The notes beneath the pieces are model-generated. The model was not told where the DNA came from. It did not search any database and saw only the letters and a list, made by a program, of their open reading frames with translations. From Podarcis pityusensis (taxonomy: Eukaryota): a stretch of 64,000 bases of DNA. The stretch lies in NCBI GenBank assembly GCA_964106645.2, contig OZ067049.1; one strand, given 5' to 3'. The translations under genes and the position numbers were made by a program. This document shows, in pieces, positions 55,554 to 64,000 of the stretch (positions are counted from its first letter, which is position 1; every line of letters starts with the position of its first letter).

Positions 55554-58500
55554 TTTCTTTTAAAAACGCAAGACTAAAGGCAATACTCTATAGCTGCTAT
55601 CCTAAGCACACTTACTAAGGAGTATGACCTATTGAGCTCAATGGGACTTAGTAAACATGCATGAGATTTCAGTCTATACTTATTTGCTCAAAACCATTTG
55701 CATCAAATACTGCCCTTCACAGTTCCTTTTAATACAAAATCCCCACCCCCGTGCAATTACACTTAAAAGTAGATAACATTTTCCCAAGTGCATATTTAAA
55801 CCTTTCGCTATTCTGAGGTTCCTATTTTGGAGATTTCTCTCTGCCATTCTTCATCATGGTTCGGTTTTAAAATGCAAATAATTTAAGAAAAGTAACTTCT
55901 ATGATTAAAGACTTGAGCTGTACCCTCATACAACCAATATATATTTCTATTTTAAAAGGAGGAAGGGAAATCCAACACAACTTAACCACATTTTGTACTG
56001 CAGTTTCCAGAGTACCAAATATTCTTTAATAGGCACAAACAGCAACACAATACCTTCTATGAAATTGCATATCAGAAACATGATATTATAGGTTTGTGCA
56101 CACTTACATAAGCTTAAGGCACTTCATAAGTGTTGTCATGGTGGCGGGGGGGGCGATATATAGGGGGTGAATACATTATAGCTGCTTGATTTCCAACTAC
56201 AGATGATTTATAGTGGTTAGTGCCATTGCAAGAAACCAGCAACTGGTTTATCATCTTTTCTTTTTTCACATTTGTGTGTTCATGTTTTCTTGGACAATAT
56301 ATATATATATTCATAATAAGCTGTTGTTGAAAGCAAAACCCTTAGGTGCAACTTTCTATTTCTCTGGTTCCTTGAAGTTCAATAATAGCTTTCACCTAAC
56401 CCAAGATTAATTCAATATCTACACCACTTAACTTGGTGAAGATATAAAATTGCACAAGTTTCTAAATGAATCATGCAGTTCTCTAGCTGAAATTTTCTGG
56501 AATCCCTGAGTATGTAAGTTTTGCCATTATACAGAAATGCTTCTCTCAAATGTGATGCCCTACATGACTAACTAGAGTAATCTACAGCAAGTCTCTGTTG
56601 TTAACTCTGCCCATTGGCTCATGAAATATAGGTAGCGCAATTTTCTGTTAAATCAAATTCATATACAATATTCCAGTTTACCATTTTGGAATGTAGTTCT
56701 ATTCATCTATGTATCACTTCATAATCTATATTAATAACCTGAATATGCAAAACTGCATGAGCACATATGTTTGCAGCAAAATATACACACATATGCATAG
56801 GTCGGCTTTCTTCAATTGTAATGCCATAGGGACTTCTGAACTGGGTTAATACATTTGAACCATGACGTGCCATATATCTGCAACTGAGAAGTCTAATAGC
56901 ATGCTTTCACAAGTGACTATAGTCTGTATAAGAGCTCCTTAAATATAAAGAGAATCAGCGAGAAGTGAATTTTCACAAGGGAAAAAAATGCACAAAGATT
57001 TAAGAAAGACTGTAAACTACGTTAGATGTTTATCTATACATAAGAGACAGGTGTCGCACAAACAGAAAAAAAACCCCATGAAGCCAAACGAGAAATTTTT
57101 AACTCCCAACGTCCATCTGTTAAATTTGAATTCATGCATAACTGATTATCCATGACTGATAAGTTATTTTCTACACCCCCCTTCAAGTATCTTAACACAG
57201 GTGTTGAAATATTACAAGCTAAATCGCCACTAAAAGAAGAAAGTATCTCAGAAACTCTTAAAAGCAACACAAGGATTAACAAACAATAAAATGACATGCC
57301 GTTTAATAGAGGTGACCTAACTTTTTTTAAAAAAAAAATGTCAACACACATGGATATTAAATATTAATAAGCTATTCTGTTATTGTAATAATAAGGTTAA
57401 GTAAGCTTCTCCATACTAAAAAGAAAGGGAGGAAAAACATTAGGAATATTTGAAAGAGCCACAGAGATGAGAAGCAGAGGCATAAGGAAAATATGTCAAC
57501 AATAAACAAGNNNNNNNNNNNNNNNNNNNNNNNNNNNNNNNNNNNNNNNNNNNNNNNNNNNNNNNNNNNNNNNNNNNNNNNNNNNNNNNNNNNNNNNNNN
57601 NNNNNNNNNNNNNNNNNNNNNNNNNNNNNNNNNNNNNNNNNNNNNNNNNNNNNNNNNNNNNNNNNNNNNNNNNNNNNNNNNNNNNNNNNNNNNNNNNNNN
57701 NNNNNNNNNNNNNNNNNNNNNNCACATCACTGATGTAGTTCTCCCAATCACGTGACCAAAAGCAGAAAAGGCAAGTCTGTTTAAAGTCCCTATGGACTAC
57801 TAGCCAATTAACTGACTTAGCGTTTCTCACTTTCTTTAATTTTAAAAAGAAGGCCAGTGGTTAACACANNNNNNNNNNNNNNNNNNNNNNNNNNNNNNNN
57901 NNNNNNNNNNNNNNNNNNNNNNNNNNNNNNNNNNNNNNNNNNNNNNNNNNNNNNNNNNNNNNNNNNNNNNNNNNNNNNNNNNNNNNNNNNNNNNNNNNNN
58001 NNNNNNNNNNNNNNNNNNNNNNNNNNNNNNNNNNNNNNNNNNNNNNNNNNNNNNNNNNNNNNNNNNNNNNNNNNNNNGCGACAGAACCTATATGTGAAAG
58101 ACACAGCCTGAAAATACAACAGGCAAATTTGGGGAATCTTTTTCTACATAGTCTGATGTCTTTATTTAACAACTACATAAGACACATGCACACTAAACCC
58201 ATTTTGCTGGTATGGTGTTGTGGCTTTTGTTTTGTTTTTACTTAAAGGTCACTAGAAAAGAAGATCTGGGACTATTAAGGTACATTTTGAAACATAGTGG
58301 TCATATTAAACATCATGCAAGAGCTCATTTCCATCCCCGAATGGGTAGCTCAACTATAGCAGGTTAATGAGATTACAGGTTCAGTGGAAATGAAACCATA
58401 TGGTTACAAGATGATCACACTTTGAATCGTGCCCAGAGAGCTCTAGGAAGGCACTATCCAAATAACTTTATTGTACTAACCATGCACTCACCCTGTCAGC

Positions 58501-61500
58501 CATGATGGTATGAAGGTCTAGTTGACAACAGCTTATCAAATGGCTTTCACTGATTAAGCTGCAGCATCAATTGAAGCTTCACACTTGTATTTGCCTTTGC
58601 TGTCTCTCACGCAAATTGTAGGTATTAGATTTGTATGATCATATAGGCATAGCTGCCTTTTGTGGACCTGGACACTTCCAAAATCATCATCAAGTAGGTA
58701 TGTTATCCACTCATCAGTCTAGCATATTAGTCCTTCTCACATTGATTCATGTTTTGTCTAGGCCTGCAATACCCGTGTGATGTCACAGGTCACATGACAC
58801 AGCACTGATACCTTATCAGTCTGAATTTTTCTCTGCCAGACTGGTTTGTAGGGTCAGAGCTATAAAACTGATAAGGACAGGGAATTAGGCCAGTGTATCC
58901 TGAGAAATGACACTGATTTTTTAAAACATGAAAGCTGGATTTTGATTGCTGGGGGGGGGGGGCTTTATGCTTTTACAGCTAAACAAAGACACCAACTATT
59001 TTCTACCACCGTACAACCAGTTTTAAGATTATATTTTTCAGTTTTTCCAAATTAAAATTAAAATTTGTTCTGTTAATGAGCTTGTTGTAACAAGCAGATA
59101 TCTTCATAAATTATAATAAATACACAGCCTTTGCATACTTTAACCACTGAAAAAGGTTCTCAGTTGCAAGGAAATTCTTTACACCTTGGTTTTCTCCTTA
59201 CATAATTATAGCCACAATGTTTTGCCATTATACGGCAGTGTGCCACACACCCCAGAAATATCTGAACATTTTCCAGATAAAGTGTATGCAGGTATGCCTC
59301 AAGCCCACCTGTGAAACCAAGTCTAGCAATATATTTTGTCCCTAGTGCTACTGTGGACCCCAGGAATGCATTGAGGAAAAGGTTCCAGTGGAGGAATCAA
59401 GGGATGCACAAAAATCTGTTTTACGAGTTGCATGTAGCCTATCTGAAAATAAATTGTGTATGTGAGCATCCAAGACCACTGCTTCAAGAACTTAGTATCC
59501 AGTCCTTTAACAGAACTACAAAAATATCGATAAACGTGTGAAAGCTATAGAGTGTGCTGAAATAAAGAGTTATAATAAAATAAAAGAACATCAGTCAGAG
59601 TGATATGGGCCAAGGCTTCAAATGCTAGGGGAAGATATGAACTTCGAATGTAAAGTTCTTAAGGACATGTTATTCCCTAAATTATTATTATTAATTTAAA
59701 AGGAGCATTTGGAGTAGCATGACTCCATCTTATTAGCTGTGCACTGCGTTCTATAGGAACGGAATCTGGTGGGAATCAGTCTACGTACTTACATACATAC
59801 ATACGTTTGATAATCCATAGTTTACTAGTGCAGATTGGAGACAGCTTTAAGAAAACCTATGTTTTGCATAAAGTGATAAAAATAGACCTTGACAATGTGA
59901 ATGCTACCGTATCTTACCGTGAACTTATATTCGGAGTCAACTCATTTACAACACAATCTGACGCATGCCTGCTCAGAAAGAATTTCCTGTTAAGGTCAGC
60001 AGAATTCACTCTTAAGGATTGCAGCTGAACTCTACCTTAGAAAAGCGTGGTTTCATTAAGTCATACACAGAGTTGACACGTTTAAAATCATAACTAACTT
60101 AAGTCTATTGGTCTACTGTGTCTTAGTCAGATATAACACTTAAGTCAACAACAGCAAAACGGAAATTAACAGTAAGGTTGTACGTATGCCACAGTCGAAA
60201 ATTCTACATCATGTGTGTTACACCTAACTTCCTCAGATTTTATTTCTGATCTCAGGTTTTCTAGAATTTAACCTGACTTGTGTCCATAGAATCACTCCTG
60301 ATTCAACTTTGTGCAGTACTCTAAAAATATTGTTTTGGCATAGCTGAGTTTGGCAACAGTAGTCTCAACTTATGTGCCATTTAGAAGTCTAGCTATGGTT
60401 TGTATTCATGGAAAAAATTAACTTCTACCCACTGATGTGAAAGTAGATGTTGGTAGGCAGCCACCATGCAGAAGTCAGTAAATACTTCAGCAGATATTCC
60501 GCAGTCTATTTAGGAAGGAACTGTGGCGAGTTTGCAAGTTAATAGCACTTCTTAGAAAACCCTGGAAAAAGTTACCACTGTGTCTTGTGTATTCTCTGTA
60601 TAGGAGTCTGTGAATTAGGCTGCAAATGTAGCCATATTTCCTCAGTGGTAAGTCCTACTGAATTCAATGGGGCTTACTCTCAGATAAGTTGAGTTAATAC
60701 CACATCATAATTCACTAAAAGGTCTAACGGCTAAAAGGTCTTTACACCTGAAGCATGATATTGAACTTTATTTCACAAATTCTGAACACATTAAGTTCTT
60801 AAATAAAGTTAAAGCGTGCACTTTTAACTTCTTTAGCAATAAAATTTGTATCTTTTGTAAACGAGAGCGACTTTGTTGTGAGTGAAGCTCTTTAAAATGC
60901 ACTAGACTGCGTAGTGACAGATTTGCAGAACATTTTTCCTCACATACACATATGTGCTTTCAGTTATTAATAATATGCTTCTGCCCTTATAGTCAACAGC
61001 TCAAATGGATGCTCTGTGCAGCTTGCTATGGATATTACTTTTCAGAAACAGCATTTTATCCTGTGTTTACCGTATAAAACTAGATACTGCTTCTTTAAAA
61101 TTGGCACCAGCATGCCTCAGAAAGCAGCATGGAGTTTTCCTTTAAGTTGCCCCGGCCCAAATGATAAAACTTTTTTCCCTCCATATGCTAACAAGGAAGA
61201 CTCGGTTGCCATGGATAATACTGCCAGGTTGATAATAAAATGGAATCGGGAGTCATTATTTAGTGGCGACAGGGATATAAATACATGCACTCACTTATAA
61301 ACTGGTATTTACCCCTGGAAAGTAAGTAATATTTTTCCTTTCCTGTTCTGTCAGCTTAACACAATGCAAATAAAAAGTAGGTATATTGTGACTTTAAGTC
61401 AAAAGTGTTGATTCCAGAAAGGGAGAAGATTATTGAAGTCTCATACCCATTACAGCAAAAGGGACTTTTGGCAGAAGATACACCCTTGTGTTCTAGACAG

Positions 61501-63579
61501 GTAGCATTAATGAACATTAATGTACTTGACTTCAGAAATGCCAATAAAACTATCCATTCTGTTCCATAGCTGAGCTCAAAAGGGGAAATCTCCCAGCTGC
61601 CCAGGCAGCTAAAGACTTGAGGCTTGTGTCTTAAACACAGAAGTATTCCGTCAACCCTGAAAAGGATTGCTGCTTTAAAATGTGATGATGGCAGTTAGAA
61701 ATGTGAAATATTTCAGCAGACATTTAGAAATATGGAAGAATCAAGACGTTGTGATGGAGCTTGTAAAACACACACTGTATCTACTAACAAGAAGAAGGAA
61801 ATTTATTTTATGTTTAACTCTAATGTTTAATTAACATGTCAGCAAATATGTATTTATAAAATTAGTAGCAGCTGTAGCTCAGTGTCCCTAAAAACAGATA
61901 TATTTCCAACATAAGACTAGTCATTCTTAGAATGTAGCCTTCTGTAATAGTTTCTAATACTGATAAGTTACAAGTTCTTTACTACGGTATATATTAGTCA
62001 CACTGAGAAACCAACCCAAGTTCTTCCTCACACATAATGTTAAATAAAAGAAATATGCCATGATCTTGTGCTCTTCTATTTATTTCTTATTTTAGAAATC
62101 TGGCAAAACTGTGCCTTTTCTAGAAATTGGAACAGTTAATATAGTTAGCTTTTCTGAATGCACTTTGAAGCATTCCAAAAATGAAATTATACATATTTAA
62201 TGATTTCTCTGTACAAGTTATATAAGTGCTGTAGATTCCACCTGTCATTAGGGATTTTGCATTGCAGGCATACCTGCAACACTGCACAGGTAGTGCTTCG
62301 CTTAACAATATTTGTAATGATAAGATTTCTGATACAGAACAGGTGCTTGTCAGCTGACCTCATGGGCCTCTAACACAAGTCATAACCTGGCATGCCAAAA
62401 ACCTTTTCTCTGTGTCAGATTCCAATTCAGCATTTGAATAATGTGGCATGTTTTCTCCATCAGATTAATGTACTCTCACTGCATACAGGGATGATTCTAC
62501 CATAATGTACGTAAGGATCCTGAACTTACTTTTCTCGTTAGGAGATACAAGATTAACCCTCTCAGGAATTACTATGCAATTTAAAAGATCAATAGTTAAG
62601 CATATGAAAACGGAAAGTTCCTTTTTAGGCCCCATGAACTGAGCACATTCGATTTACATGCTTTGGCTTGAATATACTTATTTTAACACACAGAATTATT
62701 TTTAACTTCTGGGGAAAACAAAAGGAATGTGATGGCTTTGGATGTATTTGCTACCTTTTTTATTAGTATATTTGGGACAGACTTTGGAATAATTTTTGTT
62801 CATTAGTTATCTGAGGCAAGGGGAAGAAACAACTGCAAATAATGACTTTACATAATGTGACACACTTTATATATCTAAGTATGCAAACACAGAACGCTTT
62901 CTTGTGTATCTGCATTTTTCACATTCTGCGTATGCGCTGTTGTTTCTAATTGACAACTGATGTATTTGAAACACAACTAAGTGTCAGAACAGATTAGAAA
63001 AGCAAGTTTTATAACATGCCTAAGCTTATTAAGCTATATTCATGCATCTGCGGAACATGAATTGCTCCCCACATTTTCTATTCAAAACAATGGCCCAAAT
63101 TAAGATCCTCATATCTAGCGATTGTTTCAAACACTCTGGAAGACACAGCGGGAGGGAAAATATCCAGTCAATTCCTTTTGCCAACTAAAGTTGCAATTTT
63201 GCACATATTGTANNNNNNNNNNNNNNNNNNNNNNNNNNNNNNNNNNNNNNNNNNNNNNNNNNNNNNNNNNNNNNNNNNNNNNNNNNNNNNNNNNNNNNNN
63301 NNNNNNNNNNNNNNNNNNNNNNNNNNNNNNNNNNNNNNNNNNNNNNNNNNNNNNNNNNNNNNNNNNNNNNNNNNNNACAAGTATATGAATGTACTAGACC
63401 AAACTAATGCTCAGGAGAAATAAAGGTTGGCTTCTGAATCATCTCCTTTGGTCGGTTAATGCATCATATGCTTTCACCTTGGTATTCTTCACTCTGAAGT
63501 TAAGGATGCTCTGCCCAACAAATTCACTTTAGAACTACTAACCTGAATGAAACTTAGGCTGAAACTGCCTTCAATAAGA

Positions 63580-64000
63580 AGCCACGGGATCTCTCCGCCA
63601 CAGAAACTTCAGCTCAGGCACAAGTTTTAAGCTGTGACTGCCAAAGCTTTTCAGAGGCAGATCTCAAGAGATAGGGAGCTCAAGCGAGCAAGCCGAATTC
63701 TGGCTCGGACTTTAAAGAACACCTAATTACTATGATACAACTTAATAATATATGCCTCGAGTGACTATGGTTCCGTGTGACCAACTAATGCTTTGCGAGC
63801 GAGGGGATGGGGTGGGGGGTGGGAATGGGGTGGAAGGAAAGGACCCGGACGGGGCGACTTTTGGTGCAAGGTGAGGCGCTCCAGCTGGCCCCCTTCCGAG
63901 ATTTCCCAGCGCAAGCTTCCCTTATAGGTTAATACCAAAAATGAAATTACATTTCCTCTTTAATGCCGTTTCAGGGACCACCCAGTTCTTTAAAAGAAAA
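63580..64000. promoter_or_regulatory. Edge of a second CpG-enriched region, candidate distal SATB1 promoter
   Basis: CpG and G-run content rises at the window end (gcgagcgagggg, ggacccggacggggcgac). It lies ~23 kb upstream of the proximal island. Confidence 0.45.

Overview
Vertebrate (squamate, most likely lacertid lizard, judged from the Sauria SINE and MITE families) genomic DNA covering the 5' two-thirds of the chromatin organiser gene SATB1 on the minus strand. I resolved a non-coding first exon (donor at 38785, in or next to a CpG island at ~39.8-41.3 kb) and six coding exons with GT-AG boundaries and continuous phase: 36194-35984, 32190-32014, 31444-31318, 30598-30475, 8471-8360 and 5294-4840. 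Together they give 1206 nt / 402 codons (ULD, CUTL, Q/P-rich linker, start of CUT1). The gene continues beyond position 1. Introns and upstream DNA carry Sauria SINEs, Tc1/mariner-pogo and hAT MITEs, CR1 and L2 fragments, a Penelope-derived inverted repeat, microsatellites and seven N gaps. I found no convincing new multi-gene system. The most interesting observations are: a junction-spanning out-of-frame uORF overlapping the SATB1 start; AEMD in place of the mammalian caspase-6 VEMD254 site; candidate upstream alternative promoters (~57.7 kb and >63.6 kb); and a decayed Penelope hammerhead ribozyme in a nested TE cluster in intron 5. Comparisons with human SATB1 and repeat consensus sequences are from recall and were not run as searches.
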